From NCBI RefSeq assembly GCF_009914755.1, contig NC_060926.1: 64,000 nucleotides of DNA; one strand, written 5' to 3'. Below the pieces are notes generated by a model. The model did no database searches. It saw only the letters and a list, made by a program, of their open reading frames with translations, and was not told where the DNA came from. The stretch is from the human T2T-CHM13v2.0 reference genome, Homo sapiens. A program made the translations under genes and the position numbers. Numbering within the stretch: the first letter of the stretch is position 1; each line of letters begins with the position of its first letter. Positions 14,661-31,149 of the stretch are shown piece by piece.

Positions 14661-14979
14661 CTGAATGAAGAGATAAGAGAGCAGGGGAGCCATTATGTTA
14701 AAATATGAGGAATTAGCATAACATTCAATTAATTTTCAAATACTGGGCTATTTTTCTTTCACATCATTTTTCTTTATATTTAACATTAAGAAGCAAGTAT
14801 ATAGTGATAAAATATTTCCATAAATGTATTTAGATAATTGTTTTCAAATAAAAATAAAATTTATAGTTTTGAATATGTTGTCAGAAAAATTCTTAATATA
14901 TTTGTTCTAATATAGAAAATGGTATTAATAGAAAATATGCTAATTATAGATGAGTTATAATAGAATGAGTTTTTAATTA

Positions 14980-15073
14980 AATTGTGAAAAACACCTGTGT
15001 ATATACATATATGTATACATGTACGTATATACATATATACATATATGTATATACACAGGTGTTTTTCACAATT
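14980..15073. repeat. Perfect inverted repeat, 38-bp arms, 18-bp spacer
   Basis: 14980-15017 is the exact reverse complement of 15036-15073 (checked base by base). Confidence 0.95.
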
Positions 15074-15662
15074 CACGTATATATACATATATACGTACAT
15101 GTATACATATATACATATATACAAATACATTATATAATAATTATAATAAATAACAAGTAGCATACTAAAATAATGTTATACATAAAATAATGTGAGATAT
15201 ATCAATGATGTGATAAAGCCTATTTTACCCTTCTAAAACATATACATATGCATATTTGTGCTGAATTTTAGAATAATAACATTAATACCCATTAGTAGAC
15301 CTTGTGAAAATATTAGATAGATATATTATGAGATGTGAATTATAATAAATATGGATACAATAGAAGAGTTCTACTTCAACTGTTGAATAGCCAATTAACG
15401 AAATTGTTGGTGTCATTCTAAATTGTTGGCTTATTATTTATCTAAAATTTAGCAGGTTCTCACTGTCTCCCTCATCAAAACCAGGAATCCTTGTTAGTGA
15501 TCTTAGTATGAGATTTGAACTTTCAAATAAGTATTAGTGTTATTAATTCTAATTAATTATACTTTCTTGTTAAAAAGAAATGAGAAAATTATCTCATCTA
15601 ACTATTATAATAATGTAAAGAACAAAATTTCTTTAAAAATTGCTTACCAAATGACGTAGTAA

Positions 15663-15970
<308 letters not shown>

Positions 15971-16819
15971 TATATAGGCTTATTATCTATGAACAACAAA
16001 AATATTACTTTTGTAACATAGGCATCAATATCCATAAGGAAAAAATAAAATGAGCCTAAAAGCAGCAGTCAAATATTCACAACAAATTTAAACAAAGAAA
16101 AAATAAACAAAATGCAGAATGAATGGAGCAGTGTGAAGAACTAACATTGCAAAATTGGAACATTGAAACATAGGAGAAACATGACAAAGTTTCTTTTTAC
16201 TAAAATTCAACAAATTAGAGAATCAAACAATATTGACTATGTTAGAAAGATAGCAATTATTACTGCTACTGAAAATAGTAGAAAGTAATTTAGATAGATA
16301 AATTATAAAGATGTTATATTAAATAAAAATAGTACTAAATAGTACCAAAAAGAAAAATGGAAAAAATGAAACATTTAATTATATTTCAGGCAAACAGCCA
16401 TTAAAAGACCTTCCTGCCTATACTTGCATATATTTGAGTTATAGGAATACATTTTTAAAAACTCTACAATTATTCAAACTATAAAACATTCAGAATAAGA
16501 AATAACAAACTTCTGAAATATTCAATTAAAAAATTAATAAACATCTACGGAGCTTTGAGAAGGAAAGTTTTTTATTCAATAACTTCTATTTATTTAGATT
16601 CGAGTGCATGTGAAAGATATTTTGAGATCTGCAATGTTTGGGAAGGTTAAAGATAATATATTTCCCTCAGATCATTTGTTGAAAATATAATCGATATATT
16701 GCAATTTACTAAGAAACAGATAAAAATGAAAATAAGGAAGAAAATTTACACAAAATCCTGGTGAATGCCAAGGGAAATGATAACATCTGTTAGGTGGATC
16801 AGCGTTAGTCCGACACACT

Positions 16820-16990
16820 TATTTTTAATCCTTGATATGCCCATTTTTAGTGATTTAAGCAAGTTACTTAAACACTCCACCTCTATTTTCTTCCTGTTAC
16901 CAATGATGATAATGGTTGTTTTCAGAATTAAGCAAGATTTTTTTCTGATAAATCTGTAGTCTAATGTCTGGACATAGAGTGTCTGCCATT
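16820..16990 (+). mobile_element. MIR fragment
   Basis: MIR core-like GTGATTTAAGCAAGTTACTTAAAC...CTCTATTTTCTTC. Confidence 0.6.
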
Positions 16991-17251
16991 AGAATGATGA
17001 AAATGGTAATGATGATAACAGATGATGACATAGCAGTCAAATGGGATATTTCAAGTTATGCTTTTCAAGATTTTATAACAAAGTAAAGCATTCTTATATG
17101 TTAATAAATTAAAAGAATATACATAATTACTTATGCAGTAAGATTCCAATTAATCTTAAAGAGAAAAACAAAACAATTATACAAAAACTGTAAAAAGTAA
17201 TAGTGTAGTATTTTTAGCAGTTGTTCTTGAATACAGGGACAGAGATTATTT

Positions 17252-17464
<213 letters not shown>

Positions 17465-17784
17465 TAATTGCCTGTAGGTTACAAAATTCAAAAATAAACC
17501 TGTATTTTATTAAAATAAAAAGCAAATGTTATTTTTAAAAAAATATGGTCAAAATATCCAAACAACAGGATCTCTACATTGAGTTATCTTCCCTATCTTC
17601 GAATCTGTACATTTCCCTCCATTCCCTCCTTCATTCTCTATTATATATGTATCTAGGTCCATATATGTCTATAATGTAAGAAAACACCATCCTTAACAAA
17701 ATCCTTAATCCTGGATGAAATAGCTAATTATTTTAACTTCTTTAGTTACCTTGCAATTTTTTATTTGGGATTTTTTCAGATAGT

Positions 17785-17786
<2 letters not shown>

Positions 17787-17823
<37 letters not shown>
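17787..17823 (+). repeat. (TG)18 microsatellite
   Basis: Direct reading. Confidence 0.97.
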
Positions 17824-17825
<2 letters not shown>

Positions 17826-19215
17826 GAGTAACTTTATAAACTTTATTTTAATATAATTTGCCCATTTATTTGTTTAACTGTGATAGAATAACTATAACGT
17901 ATTTTATACATAATCATCTCTATGCTTACCAGTCCCCCCCAATAAAACAGAGAAAGAATAAAGACCTCGTGAAAAATAATATTTAATTAATAAATAAGAG
18001 CAGGAAAAGGAATTGGATACAACCACACTTAAAAACAATTCCTAAAGAAGTAACACATTTATTTCTGTTTATTTTTCTGTATTTACTTTTTAGTTTCTTT
18101 TCCTGAAAAGCTATACCCCCTCACATAAATCAATTTAAATCCTGCACTTCCTTTTACAGGGACCTTTATTTCTTCCTCTCCATGAGCAGTTTCTGACATC
18201 CTCAGTTACTGCGATCTTCCTTTCCTGGAGGCCTATAGATCCTGAAATTGTACCAATCAATCTTGTCTTGTCTTGTCCTTTAGTTTCTGGTATTGATTTT
18301 AAGCTGTTTCTTAGATGACTCCTGCTTAAATTGTAAGTGCCTTCAATTGTCAGATACACAGCACGTGCTTAGAAAAATTCTTGGTGATTCCAGAAGGACA
18401 AAACAAGTAGAAGAGCTAAAGAATGCTTTCAATTGACTAAAATTTTGCTGAACAGACAACAATCAATTTATTGTATGAGGATAACATTTTTGAGTCAAAA
18501 TTATATCCTGCCTATCAAACATAGGTAAGACCGTTTAAGAAAGCAAAATATTTTGTCTTTGGCTATATATGACCGTTCTCCCATTATTCCCTCAGCTATG
18601 CAGAATTTGATTGAAGGCTGCCTTTCCTGAAGTGTCTTTATATTAAACTGTAGCTAACTCTTCCTTTTCAAACCATCAAAACTGAATTCTCTCACTAGAA
18701 ACAGATTATTTTAGTTTCAGAGACAAAGTGGTCAAATTAATTTAGATGTGAGTAGTTGTTAAGATGGATCAATTCCAGCCATACATTCACCTTAGAAGTG
18801 ATATTTGCAATGGTGCCATATCACAATATAGCCATCCCAGTTGATTGCATTTGCACAGTGCACTGTGGTCTATCCTGAATACTCTTTCCCTTCATTTATT
18901 TTTAAATGTTTTTGATCAAACGAATGCACCCTCTCTTGGTCTGTTTCTTTATATATAAAATGACAAGTTTATGTCTGATGAGGTTTAAGATCCCTTTTTG
19001 TTCTAAAATTTTGAAATAAACTAGCTAGATTACATTTAATGCTTGACATATTCCAGAAATTCTGCTAAGTATTTATTATATAAGGTAAGTATTGTTACAT
19101 CTGTCCATTGAGGAACATGAAATTCAGAAAATAAAAGAAAATGATGTAATTGCGAATATCTTATGGTTTGTTCATTAGATTACATTGAATTCTCTTAACT
19201 TTCAGTCAGTTCAGA

Positions 19216-19283
<68 letters not shown>
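19216..19283 (+). repeat. (TC)n(TG)n compound microsatellite
   Basis: Direct reading. Confidence 0.97.
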
Positions 19284-19287
<4 letters not shown>

Positions 19288-20109
19288 CAGTGGTTTACAA
19301 AAAATTAAAGCCAGATTGGACTACAGCTAGTTCTACTTTCCAGAAAAGTGGCATAAGTCTCTAAGTGGACAACTAAAAATCCCCATAGTGCTTTTCATAT
19401 TGAAACTAGAGAAGTAAAAGGATAACTGAAATCTTAAAGTCATTCAAAGTCATGGTAAATTACTGCCAATTCCTTCTTTTTGGTATATGAGGAAAGTCTG
19501 TGTCTTGCCCTTATTTTTGTGTGTTTGGTTGTTTTGCATAGCTGTACAAGTTCAGTCAGGACTTAATAACCAAAGATAGAACTCAAAGTGGTGGGAAGCA
19601 TAAATGGAATTAAATTGCTCTACATAATATTAATAAACATAACAAAATACAAAATCAAATCTCCAGGCATCCTGAGGATAAGAAGGAGAATGAACAAAGT
19701 AATAAGCAAGTAAGGACACAAAACAACATTAGAAGCTGGAACTTGTAATCAAACCCAGTAGAAAGGTAAATAAATAAATTTAAGAGCAGAAATATATACT
19801 GTTCCCATGAGTATATACAGAATTTTGGGTTTAGGTTATCTAACACCCCAGTCAGTGAAACACAGTACACAAGTGTCTGGGATCCTGAAATAAACATTCA
19901 TAGGCATGTAAGTTCTTGACTGCTGTGTATTTGGCAGATGTTTGTTATTTGATCCCTGCCAATTATTATTATTATTTTTGGCTGGGATAAGGTTAAATAA
20001 ATAAAACAAAATAAAATATATTTTATTATATATGAATATTATATATTTACATAAATGTATGTATGGACAGAAAAATAGAGCTAATGATTTCTAATTTTAG
20101 TATATCTAA

Positions 20110-20260
20110 TATTCATCTTGAAAGCTAGTAAAACATTCATATTCCAAGGGCCCACCATTTAGAAATTCTGATTTAATAGATGTGAGGTTTTGTTCAGGAA
20201 TCTGTGCTACAACAATGAACAGATAGGTTATAAGAAGACATATTTTTAAAAATCACTTTT
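20110..20260. mobile_element. Possible MER5-like (hAT) DNA transposon relic
   Basis: GGGCCCACC...AGAAATTCTGATTTAATAG...CAGGAATCTG motifs. Confidence 0.45.
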
Positions 20261-21459
20261 TTAAATAATTAGAGACAAAAGTTTAACTAGAGTCAAACTT
20301 CCATTTAAAAATAATTAACTACGTATTTTTCTTTAACTTAATAAATTGATTCTTTCTCCAATATGTAATTACATTATTAACAAGTAATTATGTTGACTCA
20401 TGCTTTTCAGTTTCTTGGGCTCTGTTGAGTTAGTAAGTTTGATTCTGAGAGTTAAATTTATTTATATTATTTAGAATAATACTGCATTGGAACTTTATTG
20501 TAACCCGCAGAGACTGAGTTTTAAGATGCTTCCGAATATAGTATTTTTTATTATCATTAGTAATATGAAAATGTTTATAATTTATTTAGTACATATTTTA
20601 CTAAGTACTGTGCCTGGAACATTATATGTTATTTTTACTTTCTCCACAAATCTTCTCTAGAAATCAGAATTCTAACACTATTGACTCCCAATTCATGCTT
20701 CTTCATTTTTACAGTTTTTAAACTTCATTTTTACGTATGTGCCAACCAGTTAGATGATATTCCCACTTATTCATTAATTTATTCCATTAGATTATCTAAT
20801 AAGTAATGTAATTATTACAAAATAGGTGATAAAATATCAATAGAATCATTAAAATGTACTTATACATGTTAGGTTGATTTTTTAAGTGCTCAAAGTCCAT
20901 TCTGTGGAGATAAGTTGAATTATTTTGTTTTACATTGATAATTCTTTACCTGGAATCACTTGGTAAAGCAGATTTTTTCTCCTTATTTATTTTATTTATA
21001 TTTAAGTTTTATATTAGACAATTATTAAATAAATCTAAGACTCAAAACATTATAATAATTAACACTTAAATTATATACTACATAATAAGTAACACTTTAA
21101 CTACATTCTACAATGTTTCCAAAAAAATTTTTTTAAAGAAAGATTATAAAGATACCAAGTGTTACAAGCATTGTCTAAAGCAGCTAATGCCAGTTGCTTC
21201 AAAATCATGAAAAGTTAGCCATGTATATATTTTAAATCAATTTAAAAACTTTCATACACATTTTAGTTTATTTTATCTGTGCACAGCATCTAACTGGTGA
21301 TCTCTGTTCTACATTTATAGGCTACAGTGTATCTATGGTGTCTGCTAGCTTTAAAGATATAAGTTGCAGTAAAAACCATCTTAAATAAGTCAATAGGATA
21401 GACTATTGATCTGTGCAGTCTCTAGCAAATTATTAAAGAGATCTCAAATATGCAAGTGA

Positions 21460-21985
21460 TTTTTAACAGCTTTATTGAGGTATAATTGATATATCATAAA
21501 AACTGTATACTTTTATTGTATATAATTTTATGAATTTGGACCTATGCATGTGACGGTTGATACCATCATCACTATTAAGTAATAAACATTTCCATTACCT
21601 CCGAAGTTTCCTGTCTCTATGTGTTTTTGTTTTGTTTTTGGATGTGTGTGCATATGTGTGATTTTGTTTTGTTTGTTTTTTGGTGGAAAGAACATGAGTT
21701 CTACCGTCCTAACAAATTTGTAAGTAAATAGTAGCATATTGTTAACTAAAGGCACTTGGTTGTACAACAGATCTCTAGAACTTTTTCATCTTGTAGAACT
21801 GAAATTTTATATCCAATAAACAATGACTCCCTGTTTTCCCCCTCCCCAGCACCTGGCAACCACCATTCTATTTTCTGCTTCTATATTTTATGTACCTCAT
21901 GTAAGTGTCATTTTACAGTGTTGGTCCATCTATCACTGACTTATTCCAGCCAGCGTAATATCCTCCAGGTTCATTCATGCTGTTG
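21460..21985 (-). mobile_element. L1MA/MB-class 3' end
   Basis: ACAGCTTTATTGAGGTATAATTGA terminus; CAGATCTCTAGAACT, CCTGGCAACCACCATTCTA. Confidence 0.88.
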
Positions 21986-23438
21986 CTTTATGTCTGTGGA
22001 ATGGCCGGACACAGAGAGTTAATGTTTTTAACCTTATATTATTTGAAAAGTTGTTTTAAAAACAAATTTCAGCATAGATGAGAATAAGTACTCATATAAT
22101 AAATTGATTGCAACGCCAGATTAATAGGTTTTGACATTATGACCTTATAAGCAATATCATATTAAATTTGGCTTATAAGGGAAAGCAAAGGAGTATCTGA
22201 AAACAGGTGGAAATTAAGTAACTAAATGTCACATATAGGATGGTTTGAGGTACTCAGGTAAAGCAACAGTACTGTTTTAAATGTGTCAAAAGTGACACAT
22301 TAATACCCTTAAGTAATATATTGCTAGATCTGGGACTCATTCTCTAATCTCCAAAGTGCATTAAATACATATAATTAGATAATGGAATTGAAAATGACTC
22401 TTTTAATATTTGGATGATTTCCCCCATCAAATTTAGTATTTCTGTAATAGTTAACCCATATATAACTCATATATGTATATATAGTTTATCTAAAATAAAG
22501 CCCATACCCTTTGCATTTGAGATAATAGGAAAGTTCATGTTTTGTTAGTTATATAAATTAATTAATTCTAAATAATTTAAGAAATGGAGATGCTTCAATA
22601 AAAAAGTGTAAAAGTTTGTCCACAAGTCTTAGAACTTCTGCATAAAACTATGCTCCCCTATGTCAGTGACATGCCTGTATCTCTTCCTGCCAAAAAACTA
22701 ATATTTTGTGTCATTCAGAATTGAGAGCTCATAGAAAGCATTTCTGAGGTGACATAAAATCATGGCAACACTTCCCATATTACTTGTTATACCTACCGTT
22801 AAAAAGACATTTTGGGAGACTATCTGAAAATGCTTTAAAGATTTGAGAAATGAGATTTGAAGTAAATCCTGATGTCAAATATATATATATGTTTGAAATA
22901 AAATAGGTATAATGTTATTGGAATCACATTTACAAATAAAAAAAAATTATATGGCACCTATAAATTAAACCTGCATATAAGTAGGTCAGATTTGAAAGCT
23001 CTAGTAACTAGTTTAAAATTTACATATGCTCTGTGCCTATTATGTTAAGGCTTTTTTCCCTCAATATTTGCAAATCAATCCTTCATATAAATTTAAAAAG
23101 GAAAAATCAATCGACTCAAAGGTATTTTTAAAATAATTCAATCAGCATATAGAAATGCTCAGGATTCTTTAGCAAATGACATAATTATATCCCGTTATCT
23201 CGCCAGGATTAAATTCCTTGAGGCCAGGTTCCTTTCACCACTCTATCTCCAGTGTCCACACGTTGCCTGATACACATAGCATACATTCAAACATGAATAA
23301 AACACCATTCTAGAAATGAAGAAGCTCAAAGGTGAGCATAAGAAGCATATATAAACAAATCATTTCAATAAAGTATGGTAAGGGCTGAGTAAATATCCAG
23401 AGTACAGTGGTGGGATAAAAGAGGTAGCCATGTATTTC

Positions 23439-24271
<833 letters not shown>

Positions 24272-25046
24272 TTTCCAATTAAAAAAAAAAATCTCAGAAC
24301 ATAGAACAGAGTGATGATTTTTGTCTCCTTGGATTCCATGGAGTTATTTTTTGCATGCATCTCAAGAGATAGTTAATTGGATGTATGGTAAATAGGACAT
24401 ATTTGGATTATACATTTGGGTTCAGGGATAACAGAGAGGTAAGAGTGGTTTCTCTGTAACTTATATTGGGAAGAAAGCAAAGGAAGTTTTTACTGGAATC
24501 TCTACTTTTTTATTTTTTAAGCATATAATATTATTGAAATGAATTTCAGTACCGTTCCACAGAGGCTGCAGCTCATGGAGGGTGCAGTGGGCGGGCTTTT
24601 TGTAGTCTCCTTTTCTCTCATGGAGTCATTTAGAAGTTTTCCTTAGTGCTGTTCTGATATTTAGGAAGAGAAAGATATAAAGATGCTTCCTAGGATGAAA
24701 ATAAACTGAACAGGTTTCCTGTAGTCTCACCTGGACCTCTCCTGCAATCCAAAACCACAACAGCCTTCACACAGAGTAATACAAATGCAAATTATCATGA
24801 GCTCCTCTCTTTTCAGCAAAACATTTTATAGTGACAGAAGATGAGAAGAATGGTTAGCTGGACTGAAGAAACCCTTTCAAAGTTACTGACTTTTTTTTTT
24901 TTCATTTCATTTCAATTCAATTCAATTCTCTATTTTTCCTGGCAGGTACTTATTATCTCTCTTTCAGAGAAAAGTATTTTCCTTCTCCTTCTTTAATCTG
25001 ACTTTTAATATATTTGAAAGCAGTCTGCTTTTGGGAAGAAAAATAG

Positions 25047-25122
25047 TTGTGTGTATATATGTGTGTGTGTGTATATAAATATGTATGTATATGTATATAT
25101 AGAGAGAGACAGAGACAGAGAG
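25047..25122 (+). repeat. Compound (TG)/(TA)/(GA) simple repeat
   Basis: Direct reading. Confidence 0.85.
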
Positions 25123-25314
25123 ATCCTGAGAGTTTAAGAGAAAAAGGTCTGACACTTTCAGCTAGTAACCGCAGCAACAGCTTTGCTTTTTTAATGTTAT
25201 GGTATTTGAAATTGTATACAATTTATTTCTGTAAACAAAAAACCAAAAACAAAACAGATTTAAAAATTTTCTTAAAATGCCTTTATGTGTATAAACAATT
25301 TTTAGAAAAATATT

Positions 25315-25764
<450 letters not shown>

Positions 25765-28700
25765 CTATATATATCAGAAAAAAATTGGACATAATGATGT
25801 ATAAGTGTATCAACATTTGCCAACTAGAGTAAACTAGAGCATATTATAATTATATTTAATCAGTGATGCCAGTTTCCATGATATGCAATCAGTATAGAGA
25901 GGTGAATAAAATAACCCTTAATTTTAATGGGGTTATAATCTGATGCAAGGAAGAATCACATATACATGTCACTTCAACACAGAAAGATGCAAATATGAAT
26001 TCAGGAAATAAATTCAGCAAGAAAGAGATTGTTTCCAGCAATAGTTAAATCATTGAGTTTCATCTAAGCTAAGTATTAAAAGGCTATGGTATATGGAGAA
26101 TATGACTGTGCAACTGTTCTAGTTACAAATGAATGTCATAACCTGTAATTGTTTTGTATGTTTCATGCTATGTTATACTGACTATATTCTGCCATTGGCT
26201 AGTTTAAGCTGCTAGTAGTTCTTAGTAGACCATTTTTAAATAACACAAGGAAATGGAAATAATGAGAAATAACTAGCTAATGAGGTCAGTTTGTCAGAGT
26301 GCATTCTGAGATCATGGACCAGGACTTCCACCGCTTTCATTTCTAGTACAGAAAGTCACAAGACAAATTTGCTCTGGCTTAAGAATAAGAAAAGTCATAT
26401 TACCTACAAAAATCATGCTTTTAAGCCTGTCAGAGAACTAAACATTTCAAAGTGATGAGGCACCCTTGGAAGCAAAGAGCCCTCTGGCTGCTTTTGTCCA
26501 CGGCCCAATAGCTGGAGTAAAGAAAGCTGCTATAGATGAAGGAAGGAAGATAGAACATTTTCAAAATTTTAAAAGGCTAAGTGTGAGTTGGCATAATGGT
26601 TTATAATACCGAGGAACCCAGACACAAAGAGAGTCAATACCCACCCATCAATTCTTTCTAAGCCTTTTCCTGAGTGCTCACAAGATCAGGGCAGGGGAAC
26701 TGAGAGAAGCCCTTTGGGCCATCAAGAATGTCATGAAACAGTGGTCTCTCATAGCCAGGGGAGGGCAAGAAAACTCCAAAGTGTGAAAGAGGTGTCAAAA
26801 AACAAAGAAACCCTCTGGGCCTATCACTGAGCTTGGGACAGGAACCATTTAACCTGAGGAAGGGCATCAGAGAAGACAGATGCAGGGTCTTACAATGATC
26901 ATGAAGCAGAATCAGCCTGTGGCTGAGACTGAAGACAAACTGCTAAGAGAAACCTCACCCCCAGCTCAAGGCACAATTTACAACAGGCTGCTCAAACGCG
27001 AGGGTGTGGTGGAAAAATGAAGGAGAATAATCTTCAAGAACTGACTTGTTGTGACTAGTATAGTCATAAGAGCAGAGTGAAATCTTCCAGAGGCACTGGT
27101 ATATAGGATCTATAAAGGTTAAAAGCAGGGCAGGAGAAAGGGGCAAACCTGTAGATACTCAGTTCTCAAACCTTGTTAAAAGACAGTTTCTAGTTTCACA
27201 GTTAAATTATTTGAAGCCTGTAATAAACTGCATCTAACTAGAGTAACAACACAGTGAAAACCCAACTCATCTACAGACTATATTGACATTAGTGGCCTGA
27301 CAACAAAAAGAACATGACCCTCTTCTGGAAAAAAAATACCACTTTTTCTTTCTCCAATATTCCTTTATACATAATATCTGATGTTCAATTATAAATCGTG
27401 AGACACTTATAGAAGCAAAACAGTGAGACTCATTTTCCAGATGAAATTAGTTAATACAAGATGCGGCTGAGATACTGGAATTATTATTACTGAAATAAGA
27501 GCTGCAGCAGCTATTTAAAAGGTTAAGGGATCTAATAAAACATGTACAACATGGCACATGAACTGACCAGAAATCACATTAGAAAGATGGCAAGTTTCAA
27601 AAGAGACAAACCTTAGTGCTGGAATTAAAATACAAATGGAGGTTTCTTGTGAGAGGTTTATCAACAAGTAGATCCAGCGAAGGAACAAATTAATGAACAT
27701 AAAGACAGATCAATAAAAAATATTGATACAATAAAGAGTAAAACAAAACAAACCAGCAAACAAAAAGATTGATATTTGTGGAACAGTAGCAAATGGCCTA
27801 ACATGACATATGCATATTTGGTATCTGAGGAGAAGAGAAATAGAATAAAGTCAAAATGAATATAGAAGATATAATTCCCAATAATTTTCCAAAACTGATG
27901 GAAGACATCAAATCACAGTTGCAAAAATTTGGCAATTATCCAGCAGAAAGGAGAAGGAGAAAGCGGTATCTAGAAAAATCATAGTCAAATTGGTGAAAGC
28001 CGACAATGAAGAAAATGTCATGAAATCAGTCAGAAAAAAAAAAAGGTGGTTGATCTCACATTAGAAAGAATAAAGACTAGAATAAAATGGAATAATATAT
28101 TTTAAGTGCTTAATAGAAAGATAATTCTTTGATAGCCAGCAAAATAGTTTCCTACCAACACCCCCCCAAAAAATAGTGAAATAAAGACATTTTAAAAGTT
28201 TGTCTCCAGCAGACCTTTAAAATGAAAAATGCTAAAAGAAAACTTTTAGCCTTAAGAAAATAAAAATAAGAATGAAACCCCATTTGGGAGCAAAGGGATG
28301 ATAAACACTTGAAGGGGTACAAATGTAAGTAAATTTGTACCTACATTTGGCCTTTTAAATTTTTTTTAACACACACACACACTACAAACACACACATGCA
28401 CACACATATATGCATATCCATGTGTGTATAGCTTATATATTTATTTAAATGACTAGTGACTACTTAAATACAAGATGGAAATAATGTGTTGCGGGGTATA
28501 AGGGTTTATCAAGAAAATATTTGACAATAAAAGCAAAAAATAGTGGAATAGTAGTTAAAAATTTACTATTGTAAAATTCCTAATTCTTCAAGAAATAATA
28601 GAATATGTCACAGTTATAAATATCCATACTGATATATCTGTAACAAGTACTAAAATACACACACAAATACACATAAAGACACAGAAAGGCATAACTAAAA

Positions 28701-28931
28701 TAATAATATAAGGATGGAAAATAGGAAACTAAAAATATACTCAGTTCATCTAAAGGAGGCAGAAACGGAAACATGGAGGAAAAAAACAGATATAACAAAT
28801 TTAAAACAAACAAAAATATGTGAACTTACATATTGCCAAAATTGGATTAAATATAAATGATCTGAAAACAACAATTATAAGAATCAGATTGCAATTAACC
28901 CTGCAAAACATAATCCAACTACATCCAATTT

Positions 28932-28961
28932 ACACACACACACAAACACACACACACACAC
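28932..28961 (+). repeat. (CA)n
   Basis: Direct reading. Confidence 0.9.
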
Positions 28962-28988
28962 GAAGTCTTTAAAAATAAGACACTTTTG

Positions 28989-29468
<480 letters not shown>

Positions 29469-31021
29469 AGGCAGTTTAAAAACAAATAGATACAAAATAA
29501 TATATCATGTAAATACTAACCACGAGAAGATTGTGGCAATTTTAATATCAAACACAATAGACTGAGAGGAAGATAAGCACTAGAGATAAAGAAGGATTTT
29601 TTTAACAACAAAAGTCAATTCACCAGGAATAAATTTCAATCCTAAATGTATATCCTCATAATAAAAAAAGCAAGAATTAATGAAATTAAAGGGAGAAACA
29701 CAAACATACATAATAATAATTGGAAATTATAATTCCTCTCTCTCAGTAATTCATAGCCCATCCATGAATAGTGGCATACAGATTCTGCTCATATTCATAT
29801 ACAACATTCACCAAGTTAGACCACCTGATAAGGCACAGAATTTTTCTCAATAAATTTTTAAAATTTTAGATTATGAATCAAAGACAAAATAAAGTTGTAA
29901 TACACTTTACTCATGATATCCACCTGTGACAGACAATATAGGAAATTTTACTCATATAAATTGCTATAGGTGAATCTAAGTTGCCACTATCTTTTAGAAA
30001 AACATGTACATTATTTTTATGTTAAAGTGCCAATGTTATTTGATCCTATAATCAATGCAAAATAAAAATGCTATTATCAAAATGAATCAAACATTTTAAG
30101 TTGAAAAAAACTGCAGTGTACATCAACATAGACATGACTATAGTGTTATTATATTTATACTATGAATTAATTGCGTGCTTTACAAAGGAATTGAGAAGTT
30201 CTATATGCTTTCAAGGAAAATTTTTTATACTATGTTATTATCATTGCAGAGCTGATTGTGTGCATCTCTGCCCAACACTGAAGCTTGAAGTCCGTATATT
30301 ACACATGTAGTAAAGTTATATTCTTGCTTTTAAAAATAAGATCATATTTTTTATCTTTGTTTAACAAAAAAAGAGTCAAGGAGGCAGTCAAGAGTGTTAT
30401 CACTGGTAACATCAGATGTGGTTTTGGAAAATATTGGACAAATATACTCTTTGGGTAAATTATTTAAATAGATAATCTTTATTGTTTAATTAATAACAGT
30501 GAACATATTGTTTTATAAAATGAGTAACAATTTTAAAAATTATTTATTATATTTATTTGAATATTTCAAAAGGATATGTAATTTTATGATATATAATTAT
30601 GTAAGATATACAAATACATATAATTTGAACATATACATATTTAGACTTGTATAATTTAAGCAAATATTTATGTAGGTATGTTTAGTAAAATGAGCATATG
30701 GGGACCCACTAGACATTATCAATAATTTGCATCTTCCTATGTACCCACTGTCTAGAGTTTTGTATTGTTTATTATTACTTTACTTAATTTTTTATTACTT
30801 ATAATATATAAAACATGTTAATGTGTCTAAACAACATGCTATTGTCTTAGATTTTGAATAAAAATGGTTTCATACTATAGTGTTCTTATATGCCTTACAT
30901 ACTATATGCCATATATATTCTTATACAATATATATATACTCGCATACTGTATACTTATGCTATTATACATGTCTACTATATATGCTTATTTACCATATAT
31001 ATTTTTATATATAACAGATAC

Positions 31022-31024
<3 letters not shown>

Positions 31025-31051
<27 letters not shown>
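31025..31051 (+). repeat. (AC)n within TA-rich low-complexity DNA
   Basis: Direct reading. Confidence 0.9.
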
Positions 31052-31052
<1 letters not shown>

Positions 31053-31149
31053 TTATACATTATAGAGTTCCCTATATACACCCATGCTTTCGCATGCAGC
31101 TGCAGTTTATTTTAACAGACATATGTGAATTAATACCTATTAGCTTGTT

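Noticed and set aside
14861-15163. 100-aa Tyr/Ile-rich ORF (also 30864-31156 and 24953-25364)
   Set aside because: Products of TA/CA microsatellites.
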